DNA of 64,000 nt. Origin: Naegleria gruberi (lineage: Eukaryota). Below the pieces are notes generated by a model that did no database searches, was not told the DNA's origin, and worked only from the letters and a program-made list of their open reading frames with translations. Both the position numbers and the translations under genes were made by a program. The stretch lies in assembly GCA_000004985.1 (NCBI GenBank), contig GG738878.1. The stretch is one strand, 5' to 3'. Of the stretch, positions 10,496-23,242 are shown piece by piece; the first letter of the stretch is position 1; every line of letters starts with the position of its first letter.

Positions 10496-12696
10496 ATGTC
10501 CATCGAACAAGAAAAACCAACCTCATCATCCACAACATCAACTACATCAACAACAGATGAGAAGGACACCAATATGATGATGATCACGAGTACTACTAAC
10601 AGTGATGGTGGAGCAGCCTCTACAATAGCTTCTAATACTCCAGTCAAGGCTGAGTCATCATCAGCTGCTCCACAAACAAAGAAGAAGGCTTTGATTGAAA
10701 AGCTTAGAAAGACAGTAAGCAATACTGAAAATATTGTTGCTGCTGCTTCTACACCAACTTCATCCAAGAAAGCCCCTTCCACAACCATCTTTACTCCAAC
10801 TGTGGAACCACCTTCTCTCTCTATTAATACCAACACTGCTACTACTGGTGTAGCTGCAACAACAATTGGTGCCTCTTCTTCCACATCCAACAACACCACT
10901 CCTACCCAAAATTCTACAACCAATACTACTCATCCAAACACTACATCAACTACAGAACCAATCACTCCAACAAGATCCAAGAGAACTCGTAGACCAAACA
11001 AACTGTTAAATGATGAAGAAATTCCAAGCCTTCCAGAAAGTATACAGAAAAAGCTCCAAAAGCTAATGGGTATTGTTAAGAAACACAAATGGTCTTGGCC
11101 ATTCAATAATCCTGTTGATCCTGTACAATTGCAAATTCCTGATTACTTTGATGTAATTAAAAATCCAATGGATTTGGGAACTGTTGAAAAGAAGGTTAAC
11201 AATAATGAATATATGGATGTCTACCAATTCTTGGACGATGTTAGAGTTATTTGGTCGAACTGCTACTTGTACAACCCTGTTGATAGTGACATTTACAAGA
11301 TGGCCAAGGAAGTGGAAAAGTATTTCAATGAAAAGTATGTCAAAACTGTTGGTGAAGTTAGTTATGATACAACAACAACTGTTCAAGAAGAGGTTACATC
11401 ACCATCAGCCCAATCCAGTACCATTACAACCCCAGCAAGCACACCATCAACAAGTAAGAATAAGAAATCGAACGGAACAACATCATCAACTAAAGGAAGA
11501 AAGAAAAAGACATCCGAAACTGAAACCAATCTAGACTTAATGATTGAGACACCAATTAAGGAACAAGTAACAACACCATCAACCACCTCAAAATCTAAAG
11601 CATCATCAACCAAAAAAACTACAACAAACAAGAAAACAAAACCTAAGACAATGTCCTATAATCAAAAGAAGGAACTCAGTACAAATATTGGTTCTTTGGA
11701 AGGTGACAAATTAGCTGAAGTGGTTCGAATTATTCAAAGTAAAGCACCATCAGCTTCCAGCAAATCTGAAACTGAAATTGAAATTGATTTAGATAAATTG
11801 GATGATGCTACATTATTTGAATTAGAAGCATTCGTGGAAAAGAATCTTCCTAAAGAGAAGAATAAGAAAAAAACATCTTCAAAGCCTGCACCAAAGAAGA
11901 AGAGAAAGACTTCCCCTGTAAAGGAAAAGAAATCAAACAAGAAACCAAAAAAGGAAGAAAAAGTTAGTGACTCGGAATCTACTGCTACAGATAATAGTGG
12001 ATCAGAATCAAGTGCCACAGAATCAGACTCTTCCGACTCTGACTCTTCAAGTGGATCTGATTCTGATGATGATACTATCATGAAGACCATGACAAATCCT
12101 GTGCCACCAACTGTTCAAGAGATTCCAAAATCAATTCCTGAAGGTAAGTTTAATCTTTATTTTTCACGTTCATAAGGTATAGTTTAGTAGCTCAAAAACC
12201 ATTACTTCCTAACATTCAAACAACCAACATTAATACTCCAAACTCTGTGAATAATAACACTATTAATACCCCAACCAATTTATTACCACCAACTCCTACT
12301 TCTTCTAGACCTCCTGCCAATATTATCCCAACAAAGAAACAAGTTGATACAGTAAAAGTTGATGAATTAAGCTGGACAAGTTTATTGGACGATGATGATA
12401 AGAAGAAACAACAATCTTCAACAAGTTCTGGATCTAGTATGGACACATCTGATGATCATACCAGTTCAAAATGGACCATTTTCCAACAGCAACAAAAGAG
12501 ACAAAACGAATTGGAGGAAAAGATGAAACTTATCAGAGAACAAAAAGAAGAAGAACGTAGACAACAATCCATGCATGCCTCTCACATACATATGAATGAA
12601 AGAGAATTGGCAAAGAGACAACGAGAAGAGGAGAGACAACACAAGATGCACGAAGATTTGGATCCAGAGGCCTTTGAAAAGGAGTATTTTAATTAA
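10496..12696 (+). CDS. BET-family bromodomain protein with an ET domain (Bdf1/BRD4-like). Exons are join(10496..12143,12188..12696).
   Basis: The bromodomain is WPFNNPVDPVQLQIPDYFDVIKNPMDLGTVEKKV...YLYNPVDSDIYKMAKEVEKYF. The ET-like region is NQKKELSTNIGSLEGDKLAEVVRIIQ. A 44-nt intron at 12144..12187 (GTAAGT...TTTAG) joins the two ORFs in frame. The N-terminus is T/S-rich. Confidence 0.75.
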
Positions 12697-13221
12697 ATTT
12701 AATTTTTTTAATGTCAATTCACAAATTTTCATATCTTAGATCAAGTGAAATCACATACTTTTTCATTTATTGACATGTGCTTCTGGCTAGTTAGATATTC
12801 TTTTACTCTCCTCTATGGTCATTTTTAATGAACTGGATAAAAGTCATGTTGATCATTGAGGATTGACTAATGTATCCAATCACGTTGTCATTGAGGTACT
12901 TATTTCTAAGGTTAAGTTTTTCCAGTAAACTCAAATCCTTGATTTGATTAGCGTCAATGTCATCAATATTATTGGACTCAAGATGTTTTAATTTTTTCAA
13001 TTGATTAATATGTGGTTTTAAAGAATCTGCGAACTCCTTATATTAAGGAATTGTAAATTGGTGAAATTATAGGCATCTAAACTGATGTTGATGCATCTAA
13101 AGGCTTCCAAACTTTCGTCCAGGATTGTCTTCATTGACTTCCTCTAATTCTGGTTTGGGTAGCTCTTATCCATTATTTGTTTTTATATTCCATTGAAAGA
13201 ATTCAAGATGAAGGAAACAAT

Positions 13222-13866
13222 TCAATAATCTTTAATATTTTTACTCTTTCTTACAAAATGAAAAAATTCTATTGAAAATATCGAAATTCTCCAAGCATGC
13301 ATTTTGAAAAACTTGCTCAAATGCTTATTTTCCTTAAATAATTTCTTATAGTCATCTCTCTCTAAAACTAGTCGGTATACCTTTTCTGGATATTTACTTT
13401 CGAATAATGGACAATAATAGTTGAATATTTCATCTCGATTGTTGAATGCGTTCAGAATAACATAGTTTTGGGATTCCCACTCGACTTTGTATTCTTCAAG
13501 ACTGCCAGTGATAATATCCAGATACTTTTCAGAGATATCATTTTCCAAGATTAGGTTAAATGTTGAAATGTTATTCGAAACCTGTGGCACAGTGTATTTC
13601 TTTTTGGATGCAACAGCAACACTGATCCCTACCACCTCCAATTTTCGTTTCTTCTTCAATGTTTCATTTTCCTGCAATAATCGACATATTTCCCTTTCTT
13701 GCATGTTTAGTTGACTTTCCAATGACATAATTTTTGAACTCAGCATTCCAGCTTGATTAATGGAATTGTAAACATTCCCACTCTCCATTGTTGATCTGCT
13801 CCAATTTGACATTTCTTCTACCACACATGCGTTTACTCTTCTTTCTTCTATTGTATTACTTGTCAT
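13222..13866 (-). CDS. Hypothetical coiled-coil protein of 214 aa. The upstream Q/H-rich ORF at 13863..14216, in another frame, may be its N-terminal low-complexity part.
   Basis: ORF from ATG 13866. The upstream open frame encodes ...QHQHLHHMQQQSMQQ, which abuts it. Confidence 0.35.
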   Translation of the reverse strand: MTSNTIEERRVNACVVEEMSNWSRSTMESGNVYNSINQAGMLSSKIMSLESQLNMQEREICRLLQENETLKKKRKLEVVGISVAVASKKKYTVPQVSNNISTFNLILENDISEKYLDIITGSLEEYKVEWESQNYVILNAFNNRDEIFNYYCPLFESKYPEKVYRLVLERDDYKKLFKENKHLSKFFKMHAWRISIFSIEFFHFVRKSKNIKDY

Positions 13867-14447
13867 ACATGAATTGTTAGGATGTAATACAGTAATTCTC
13901 GTTGTTGCATTGATTGTTGTTGCATGTGGTGAAGGTGTTGGTGTTGTAGATGAATGTTGTACTGTTGTAGTTGTGACATTCGAATGATTATTAGAAATAT
14001 TCGAAATGTGTTGATGAGAAGAGAGTGTCCCATCAACAAACTCTTGAAAACTGGGAAGAGCAAAGATTTTCTCTGCATGTTTTCAAATTTGTTGTTGATA
14101 CAGCATGTTGTTATCTTTTGATTTTTTTGACTTGGACATTGTTGCATTTCGACCAAAAGAGAAACCAACAACCAGAAACCAGAATGTATTCGAAATTGCA
14201 CGGAGATTGATAACAATTATGTCGGGTGGATTAATATTTCGGCTTTTACCAATCCGATATTCCAAATTAAAAAGACCTCTCTAAAATATTTCCAAAACCT
14301 CAATGAAATATAGTTGTGATGATTATAGTAGGCACGGTCTGTTACAAAGCTCATTGATACCTTCCTTTTCTTGACAAGTTGTTGACAATGTTTATTAATC
14401 CGCATTGTGTTGTGTTGATTTTCATGAACATTGTGGGATTACATGGA

Positions 14448-16097
14448 TTATTTAAGAAGCTTTTGAGTTTCGAAAAAGTTACCATGGAAACCAAAAGGTA
14501 CTCTTCTTGGTAGCTCAATATTCACTAATGGTGTGTTATTCATTGTCTTTCCATCGAATACAAACACTGTGGAAGAATTGGAATGTTCATGGTAGGCATA
14601 ACATACAATGTAGACATCATCCTCTTCTTCAGATCTTGGTATGATTGAAACTTCTCCAATCATTCCATTGTTTGGAATGGTAATTGTTTGGAATGCATTT
14701 CCTTTTTCCAAATCAACTTTGGCAATTGAATTGGCAACGAATAGTTCTGATTTTTCAACTACTAAACTGTAGTAGAAAAATCTATTCTTTTGACCAGTGA
14801 TTTCTCCTCTTACGACAGGGAACTCTCCAGAGGGTAATTGATTTCCGTCGAGGGTTTTTAAGAAACCTTCTGAAATTAACTTGCCACTTGTTAAGTTCAG
14901 AGTGTATTCATATGGGAATGGTTGCCCTTTTGAAAAATCAGTCATTGAGAATGATTTTTGAACGTGAACCAATATCTTAATCAATAAATCATCACCCTCT
15001 CTTTCTTCATAAGCATTAATATAGTGAAAGGCAACACCAGTTTCAGCTTCAAAGAATTGTATCTTGCTCGACTTGCCATCGTACAATCTTGGGAAGACAG
15101 CAATCTTGGTTGGTTTGGTATCATCGAATACGATTGGATTTTCACCAGTTAGAACCTTCTTGACATCCAAAATCAATGGATAAAATCCAACAATTGAATA
15201 ATTTTCAGTAATGACCATATCATGAATCATGCAAACGTATGGAGTTTCTTCCTTGGTGAACTCATGTGAATGAATAATATCAAGATTCTTATCAGTGACA
15301 CCATATCTGAAAGAGGTTCCTCTAGGATTCAATTCATATCCAAAGAAAATCATCTCTCCATTTCTTGGATCAATTTTTGGATGAGCAGTGAAATTATGTT
15401 TCAATTTTCCTTTAAAATCAAACTCTCCAACTGTTTTCAAATCTGGGAATGTAACTTCCATTGGTTTGTGTCCTTCTTCGAGTGCCAGGAATTTACCACC
15501 ATGATAAATGATATTAGTATTTGCAGCACCACCTCCCTTCTTAAGTGGTCCATTCAATCCTCTATACATTCTCTCGTACAAGTAATGATAGGTATATTTG
15601 AGAAGTGGATTAATGCCACCATCCATGATCATACTATGAGCGAGAGGTCTTCCATTCTCCTTCTCTTGCAAGTACTTTTCAGTTTGGACGAATCTATTTC
15701 GATACGAACAATTTCCATCCTTGAATTCAAGTGCATGAATATGACCATCACCTTCAAACCAATGCAAATTATAGAGTGGATTAAATTGTGGATTTGGTCC
15801 AATTCTTGCATAAATTCCATTCAAATCCTTTGGAATTTCACCACTAATAATCGGAAGCTTTGTGATGGTCAATTCATCATGAATCGGAGCAAAATTACCA
15901 TTCATTATTGGATTGTTTTTAATACCGCTCTCATAGGCTTGATTCTTATAATTGGAGAAGAGGAAATACTTGAAAACTCCCTTGATCCACAATAGGACGC
16001 CATTTAAAACTGTCCAGCAGAGGATTAACAAGTATCGTAGTTGATCAATTAGAGAATTTTTGGCGGGAGAAGTTGGTTGATCATTGGATGAAGCCAT
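14448..16097 (-). CDS. Carotenoid cleavage oxygenase, RPE65/CCD family, with an N-terminal transmembrane segment.
   Basis: Intronless ORF of 549 aa. Family motifs present: FDGDGHIHALEF, IIYHGGKFLALEE, FTAHPKIDP and MIHDMVITENY. Confidence 0.75.
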   Translation of the reverse strand: MASSNDQPTSPAKNSLIDQLRYLLILCWTVLNGVLLWIKGVFKYFLFSNYKNQAYESGIKNNPIMNGNFAPIHDELTITKLPIISGEIPKDLNGIYARIGPNPQFNPLYNLHWFEGDGHIHALEFKDGNCSYRNRFVQTEKYLQEKENGRPLAHSMIMDGGINPLLKYTYHYLYERMYRGLNGPLKKGGGAANTNIIYHGGKFLALEEGHKPMEVTFPDLKTVGEFDFKGKLKHNFTAHPKIDPRNGEMIFFGYELNPRGTSFRYGVTDKNLDIIHSHEFTKEETPYVCMIHDMVITENYSIVGFYPLILDVKKVLTGENPIVFDDTKPTKIAVFPRLYDGKSSKIQFFEAETGVAFHYINAYEEREGDDLLIKILVHVQKSFSMTDFSKGQPFPYEYTLNLTSGKLISEGFLKTLDGNQLPSGEFPVVRGEITGQKNRFFYYSLVVEKSELFVANSIAKVDLEKGNAFQTITIPNNGMIGEVSIIPRSEEEDDVYIVCYAYHEHSNSSTVFVFDGKTMNNTPLVNIELPRRVPFGFHGNFFETQKLLK

Positions 16098-16316
16098 TTT
16101 TTTTCAAGATGAAAAATTGATTTTTACAATGACATTTCAAATTAGGAGAATTTGAGTTCAATTTAATTGAGAATAGTTAAGAATCGAATAGAATATTAAA
16201 TTGCAAAATATTAAATTTTGTGATAGTATTTACTACAAGTATTCTATTGTAAAAGTTGGAATGCATAAATTCAGAAGATGTCAGCAGTCACAATGCTTTA
16301 TTAAAAAATTAAAAAT

Positions 16317-16877
16317 ATGACAAGAACCACTGAGGAGGACTGTGAATCCCAACAGCCAATCCAACAAAACACCACCACTCCAAGAAAAACACCTCTCTTC
16401 GATTTATTATATCCCATTCTCTTACAATTGTGGAATTCCTTCCATTCGGCCAATCAAAGCATCTCTGAATTTAACATTAATGCATGGACACAGGGATACA
16501 TTGATAAATTCGACTCTCTTGTGGGTATTGATAACGTTACCAACATGTTCAATTTGAGAATAATCTGCATGATTTTCTTATTGTTCTGTGCAAGTCTTTC
16601 TGATAATGCATCGTCATCACTCTCCACAGAGCTCATTGTTGGATTCTTGACTGCTGGTTTGGGATTTTATGCGAGAATTTTCTCAGATCCACTTGGAATG
16701 TTAATGTTCAGCATTTTGAATTTGTGTCTCTTTTTGCGTTGCACTTCTTGGATTGAAGATAAGCAGACTGCTCTGATTTTAATGACTCCCTTCTTGTTTA
16801 TGAATCAAATTCGTTCGGTAGTTTGTGTGTTTAAATATGGAAAGGAAAAGATCAATAGTGGTTTAAAGGAAAATTAG
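16317..16877 (+). CDS. Small multi-pass membrane protein of 186 aa. Hypothetical.
   Basis: ATG at 16317 after an A-rich leader. Several hydrophobic segments. Confidence 0.4.
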   Translation: MTRTTEEDCESQQPIQQNTTTPRKTPLFDLLYPILLQLWNSFHSANQSISEFNINAWTQGYIDKFDSLVGIDNVTNMFNLRIICMIFLLFCASLSDNASSSLSTELIVGFLTAGLGFYARIFSDPLGMLMFSILNLCLFLRCTSWIEDKQTALILMTPFLFMNQIRSVVCVFKYGKEKINSGLKEN

Positions 16878-17382
16878 AATATTTTGAGTTAAATGTTGTG
16901 TAATTAGTATGAGAATATTTAGGTGAAACGAAAGTAAACTATTCCTATTCCTCACTTGATACGCGTTTCGAATATTGTTTTTTTGTAAATGATGAAATAT
17001 TTGTTACAATGAATTTTCAAATAGGAGATTTTTCTTGGAATAATCTTTAAGAATCGAATAGTTTATAAATAACCAATTTTAAATTGGTAGAAACCTTATT
17101 GGATATTGGAAAACATCTGAAATAATATCTTTAAAGAATGGGTAATACACTTGATTGAAATTCCTTTCTTCATTCCTTCTCTAATTAATTCCTTCCATTA
17201 GAGTGCTGTGAATATTGGATTTTCCTCACAAATTGATGACTTTGAGTATTATTAGATATGTGGCCAACAGCCTACTACTTATTGAAGAAGTTGTTTAGTA
17301 TTTAAATTCTGCATTTCTTCCACTTTCGAATAAAAACAAATAAACCGTTACGAAAGTAACTATCACAGACACATTAAAAAAA

Positions 17383-19544
17383 ATGCCCTTCGCATGGCTC
17401 AAACGAGGTAGCGGCCAAGAGGAAATAGATTTGGAAGATGTTCCTCTGAATCAGTGGTCTTCCAAACAGTTGACCAAATTTCTCAAGCAACACAAAAAGA
17501 AGATTGAATTGGAAAATAAGGATATTACCAGTATGTTTCAACAATAGCGAAATATCTAAATAGTAACAATTTTTTATTCACCATAATATTATAATGTCAT
17601 CATGATGATGAATTTTTATTATTATGTTCCGTGATGACGACAATGATGATGCTAACCACACCACGAACAACAATAACAAAAAAACGCGCCAATTCTATAT
17701 CTACTACTAACTACGATAATGATGATGATCAAACTCTAATTATTGCAAATTAACCGATTAATAATAATAACAATAACAAATATGATAATAATAACAATAC
17801 TATATGATAATAACAAAATAACAAAAAAGAATTGAGAGAAGAAAGATGGAATGGTTTATCCATGTTAAGTGCCAAAGTTGAAGATTTGGAAAAGTTGGGT
17901 CTTGCAAGTGGATCCGCGCATGCACTCTATACAACAATTCATGAAGTTATCAATAGTCAAGTACAACGAAATCTTCTCAACTTGAGTAATAATAGAATTT
18001 CCGTTAATATCAATACAGCATCATCGGATATATCAACAAGTGATTCTAATATTGGTTCATCATCATCAGCTGGTCATTCTCTAACGATAATTTCAAATGG
18101 AGGAGGTAGTGGAGAGGGAAAACATAGTTCTCTAGAATTTTCAAGTTCATCACCTGGAACATCAGTCAACCAACACCAACTCAATTATATTCAAACTATT
18201 ATTCAAAAACAACAGGGTAAATTGTCTGTACCAAACTTGAAAGATGAACAAATTGAAACATCTGGTGCAGTCACAACAAAAACTGGAGCAGATTTGGCTG
18301 CTATTCCTGCAGAAGATGATATTCGATTGGCACACGATTTGAATAATCCAGGAGAACTTGTTGAAGTTTCTCATGGTAGAAAGTCAGCAGGTGGTGGATT
18401 ACAAATTCTCACCCTTGCTTCATCTTCTACAAGTAATGCCAGTTCTCTTGAATCTGCTGTGAAGGATTGCCCTGCTTGGAAAGTTGATCAACTAACAGCT
18501 CAGCAAACTCAAGCTTTTGAAAATGCTGTTGAAAAGGTACAGAGCTTGAAGTATCCAATCAAACCTGAACTTATTGATGTTTTAGCTCAAGACTTGGTTA
18601 TTGTTGATAGATTCAAGTATAAATTCTTGAACCCAGACCGTTTAAAGCAAAGAGGAGATGGTGGTAGACATGATACTTTCCTCAAGATTAAACTTGTCAT
18701 TACCGAAATGGATACAGAAGTTTTCCACAGAATTTGCAGACGTTTTGCTAATACCTTCTCTACAACTGTTAGAAATAGTAGATGGGGTATGTTCCACACT
18801 GCCTTGATCATTGGTCCATGGTATTTGGAATGGAATGACAGTTCTCTTTCAACTGTTAGAAAGAAGAGTAGTAGTAAGGCAGTTTTTGCTGTTGATATTG
18901 CTAAAATTGAAGGACAAAGAGAAGTTAACGAAGTTATTGATTCTGTTGCTCAATTATGTACAGTATGGAACGGATACAAGCTTTATGAAAATGACTCATG
19001 TAACTGTCAACATTTTGTTATTGACATGTTAGAATATTTGGGATTGGGTGATTCTTTTGAAAATGTTTTGGAAAGATTCCCACCACTCAAGGAATACATT
19101 AACAAACTTAAGAAACGAGGTGTTTGCGATATGGCTTACTATGTAGATGATAGAATTGCTAAAGCCATCAAGGAATCTACACAAACAAGTAGAGCTTTGA
19201 AAGAACTTGTCAAGAATAAGAAGGTTACCTTTGCATCTCACAAACTTTTGGATGAATTTGTGAGTTTTATCATGCAAAACTTCCCACTCTTCATAACGAA
19301 TCGTCAACAAGAGTATGAACTTTTGAAAGCCTTTGATCGTGCTTTTTGGTTGAGAAGTCAATCTTCACAAACTGAAGATGATGAAACTGTGCAACCTATG
19401 GTTGATATGCACACTCAAGAATGCAAATGTCCTTTCAATAAGAATAATCAACCAATAACTGAAGTTAACAATTCTATTGTTGGTATTGACTATGATGTTG
19501 GTAATTATACAACTCATTTCCCTAAGCCTAGTGTTAACGCTTAA
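17383..19544 (+). CDS. Protein with an N-terminal SAM-like segment and a C-terminal papain-fold, PPPDE/DeSI-like putative peptidase region. Exons are join(17383..17530,17830..19544).
   Basis: Exon 1 encodes MPFAWLKRGSGQEEIDLEDVPLNQWSSKQLTKFLKQHKKKIELENKDIT and ends at a GTATGT donor. The 299-nt AT-rich intron ends acaaaaaag. Exon 2 continues in frame as K-LREERWNGL.... The motif DSCNCQHFVIDML resembles the PPPDE catalytic Cys region. The first in-frame ATG inside the 17832 ORF is well downstream. Confidence 0.5.
17531..17829 (+). other. Spliceosomal intron of 299 nt, GTATGT...aaaaaag, containing ATG/AAT microsatellite-like runs.
   Basis: Removing it joins a 49-codon first exon in frame to the 570-aa ORF. 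It has the same A-rich acceptor context as the intron at 959..1011. Confidence 0.5.
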
Positions 19545-19608
19545 TTGTAAATAATTTTCTAAATTTAATTTATTTTGTTAATAAATGTGATGTTACTGAT
19601 CTAACCTT

Positions 19609-21114
19609 TTAATAGAAACAATCATATACATCTGAAAGGGCATTAACTTTAACATCTTTCCAATGTTGAACAAAATCCTCGATACACATGTAAAAGATAC
19701 CATCATCTCTGAATTCAACATTCAAACGCTTAATGAGGTATGGTGTCCAATCCGAAGAATTGTCTGAATATCTTCCCTTCCACTCTAACGATGCCATAGA
19801 GCTTTGAATTTGTTGTTTTGTCATGTCGCTGCCAGCAAATCCCCTATTGAATTGTAAATAAAGTTATCAAAATTAAGATGAACAAACTTACCAAGGATTC
19901 ATAATTTTAACAAGACGGTGAACCTTTTGCTCATCCTCAACCTTTACAACCTCCAGTACAGCATATGCATGGTATTCCTTGATTCCACTTGTTTTCTCAG
20001 TTTCTGCATAGTTCTGAGGAGAGTAAACAAAGATTGTGTTGCCTGCCTTGTTGAAGTCGACCAGTTTTTTCCAAATTTCTAACGGGTTACTTGTTGGTGT
20101 AACAACTAGGCCTGGTAAAGGTCTAGCTCCACAAAGAGTTGCTGTTGCAAAATCCGATTGACCTCCATGCCCAATAGCTTTGTATCCTCCATATAATTTG
20201 GCAAATGCTTTCTCCAAAAGTGGAACCCAAAATTCATTAACTGTTGATGACCTAGAACATAATAACTTTCCATTTCCTCCAAATGGGAGTCTATCGTCGA
20301 TAGTAACCAGTGTTTCCTTTCCATCCTTATAGAGACGTAAAACATGTTTTCCCTTCTTCATATCACTCTCCACAAAAATATTCTTAATAATTCTTGGGCA
20401 TTTGTAGGCCAAATTAATGACAGCTGCCAAAAAGTAGCACGTTCCAATAGAAGACTGCCTAATATCAAGAACATCAATGCCATCGAAAAACAATTGAGGA
20501 TCGTCAGCAATTTCGCACGGACGTAACCATGCAGAAATCTTTTCACTGAAATCCCAATCTTGTTTGAATTCAGTGTCGAAAAACATTGTGCTTGTATTTG
20601 CTCTCTTTTGTCTTTCAACCATTTCCTTACTTGGATTGAAAATTCCATGCAATGCACAGTAATAATCCTTCAAGAGTTTTAAATATTGGTACAATTTTCC
20701 ATATTTCTGGAAGCAATCAATAAGGGTTTTAACTGGAGTTTCATAACTTGGCGTCACTGGCAAATTTTTGCATTCCTGAATCAGTTGATCAACAGTCAAA
20801 TTCAAAAAGTCTGGTACATTTGGTGTATTCACCCATTCGGATCTGACTTTTAATTCCTTATCTAAAATATCGCAGTGACTTGGATACCAACCACTTAATC
20901 CACTCTGAAAATCCGAATCTGTCTTCTTTACATAATTCATATAAAAATCAACATGTGGTGGTTTTGCCAAACCAATACCATTATCCAAAGCCTTTTCCCA
21001 CTTTACTATTGTATCTAATGTTTTTGTAAATTGAGGAGAGACTCCATCTAATTTCCCATACTTTTCCTTAAACTCTTGTAGTGTTTTCTTAATACTATAT
21101 TCCGAGACAGACAT
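19609..21114 (-). CDS. Calpain-like cysteine protease, paralog 1, with an intact Cys-His-Asn triad. Exons are complement(join(19609..19843,19892..21114)).
   Basis: Catalytic motifs present: QSSIGTCYFLAAV (Cys), EYHAYAVLEV (His) and KIMNPWG (Asn). A 48-nt intron at 19844..19891 (GTAAGT...CAATAG) joins to the calpain domain end ...RDDGIFYMCIEDFVQHW. Confidence 0.8.
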
Positions 21115-21500
21115 GATGATTTTTGATTTTAATAAAAATACAAAACAGAAGTAAAGTTCAAGCCTTTTTTTTTTAATTTTTTCAAGTTCAATTCGTTAAT
21201 TACAGTTATTATTCAATTTTTGGCGCCAAAACCACCCAAGTTACTTTTATCCAACCGTAAATTACTATAAATTATTAATACAATACCAATACTTTACAAT
21301 AAATTATTGATCGGGATTATAATACTGATAAATCTTCGCGCATTTTTCAAAAAGGAAACCAAAAACGAATCCAAAAAAAACAAAAACACAATACTTTCCT
21401 TTCACCATATCATCATCCACAACAAACTCAATCATCATTAAATAATATTATTTATCTATTTAATAATAATAACAAATGAGAAGGGGAAGTATTCATTCTG

Positions 21501-23177
21501 ATGATGATGATTTTTCCATTCCATTCGATTGATTATCATCATGCAACAACAATAACAATGAATGAAATTCCACTTTCTTCATCATCCATGTCTCATCATC
21601 AATATATGCCTCCACCTCCTGTATTATCATCTACTACTCCATCGTCACCATCTGGAGTAGCAGCAACACATCATCATCCTACTAGTACATTATCTTCCTT
21701 GTTTAGAAAGTATACTTCATCACCCAGTAGTAGTCGACAAAAGCAACATTCGGATATGAATGATTTACAACAGGATTTGTTGGAAAATGATTTTCAGGAA
21801 GAGTTGCAGACGAGAAATAAGAGTATTGATGGGTATAATGGGGTAGTGGACGATGATGCATACTATACGAAAGAAAATAAGGTGAAATTTTACATTCCTG
21901 AGAAGAAGTTTAATTTCTATCCGAATGTGGTGTTTAATTTGAGTAATTCGACTATTGGAGCTGGAATATTGACACTGCCATATGCTTTTAAAAGTTGTGG
22001 ACTAATTATGGGAATTGTCATTTTGGTTTTGGTTGGATTGATTGCTGTCCTTTCACTTCATTATTTATTGAATGCATCAGAGATTACAAAAGGGAGAACA
22101 TATAGAGAGGTAGCTATCAAAGCATTTAGAGGGAAAAAATTCATTGGTGTGATAATTGACATTGTGACGATCGTGTTTTGTTTTGGAGTCATGGTTGGAT
22201 ATGCAAATATTGTTGGAGATTATATGAAAACTATTTATGTTGGAATGTTAGAATCGGATTTGTTTGGAGGAAGTGAAGGAGCTTCAAAGGGACATATTAT
22301 GGCTACCAGAAGTTTCAATAGTTTTATTGCAATGGTTTTGGTAATGCTTCCTTTGAGTTTACTTCGAAAGATTAGTTTCCTTTCGTTTACTTCGTATATT
22401 TCAATGATTTGCATGTTCTTTACAATGGTTGTTTTGTTTATTAGATTCTGCCAAAAGGCACCAACTCTTCCAAAAAGATATGGCTACGATCTGACTCTAG
22501 TTCAAGAAAGTGGAAAATTCATGGAAGTTTTCTTAGCATTTCCAGTTTTATTCTTTGCATTTGGTTCACATTTTACCTTACTTCCACTCTATTATGAAAT
22601 TAAGGCCAAAATACGATCAAGAAGAAATATGGCTTGGGCCATCAACAATTCATCCATCATTTGTATGATTTGCTACTTGTTTGTTGGTATATTTGGTTAT
22701 GTACAGTTTGGAGACAAGTCAGTTAAGGAAAATATTCTCAACTCTTTCAAAGCCAATGACTTGTTGGTACTCGTTTGTAAAATATGTATGATATTTGTGG
22801 TTGGGTTGTCCTATCCACTCATTAACTTTGTTGCTAGAGTTCATGTTGAATCTTTATTATTTTCCAAGAGAAAATTCTCCTATTTCAGATGGGTTTTTGA
22901 AACATGCATAATTTCAGCATTGGTTTTATTGGTAATTTTGATTCCTTTGGATATTGTTACAATTTTTGGATTGACTGGAGCCAGTTTTGGAATGATTTTA
23001 ATGTTTATATTACCTTGTGTGTTTTATGGAATGGTAGAAACTCACAAAGTGAAAAGAGGATTTGCATTCTTTGTTGCATTTATTTGTTGCCTTCTTGGAT
23101 TAATATCGACAGGAAGTGTCATTTTGGACTTTGTGAGAAAAATTATGAATAATCAAATAACACTGCAAGATTTCTAA
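21501..23177 (+). CDS. Amino-acid transporter, Aa_trans/SLC38-AVT family, 11 transmembrane segments.
   Basis: Intronless 558-aa ORF from ATG 21501. The N/S-rich N-terminus is followed by the family start NVVFNLSNSTIGAGILTLPYAF. Confidence 0.7.
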   Translation: MMMIFPFHSIDYHHATTITMNEIPLSSSSMSHHQYMPPPPVLSSTTPSSPSGVAATHHHPTSTLSSLFRKYTSSPSSSRQKQHSDMNDLQQDLLENDFQEELQTRNKSIDGYNGVVDDDAYYTKENKVKFYIPEKKFNFYPNVVFNLSNSTIGAGILTLPYAFKSCGLIMGIVILVLVGLIAVLSLHYLLNASEITKGRTYREVAIKAFRGKKFIGVIIDIVTIVFCFGVMVGYANIVGDYMKTIYVGMLESDLFGGSEGASKGHIMATRSFNSFIAMVLVMLPLSLLRKISFLSFTSYISMICMFFTMVVLFIRFCQKAPTLPKRYGYDLTLVQESGKFMEVFLAFPVLFFAFGSHFTLLPLYYEIKAKIRSRRNMAWAINNSSIICMICYLFVGIFGYVQFGDKSVKENILNSFKANDLLVLVCKICMIFVVGLSYPLINFVARVHVESLLFSKRKFSYFRWVFETCIISALVLLVILIPLDIVTIFGLTGASFGMILMFILPCVFYGMVETHKVKRGFAFFVAFICCLLGLISTGSVILDFVRKIMNNQITLQDF

Positions 23178-23242
23178 TTTATTTATACAAATTTGGAGTT
23201 TATTTTCTTTTTGGAATATAGTTGGATTGTTGTAGATATTGA

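Noticed and set aside
12803-13000. 65-aa minus-strand LRR-like fragment (LSLLEKLNLRNKYLNDNVIGYIS) in the spacer between the BET gene and the next gene.
   Set aside because: Short, with no start context and no joinable exons found. It may be an exon of an unrecognised gene or a relic. Too weak to call.
15270-15995. 241-aa plus-strand ORF antisense to the carotenoid oxygenase gene. Similar antisense or overlapping ORFs at 40472..41146 (inside RPL4), 55222..56034 (inside the ENTH gene), 33745..34170 (inside TBCD), 11063..11631 and 11734..12090 (inside the BET gene).
   Set aside because: They lie entirely within well-supported conserved CDSs on the other strand or frame. Their composition is low-complexity mirror sequence with no homology. 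They are artefacts of AT-rich, repeat-rich coding sequence.
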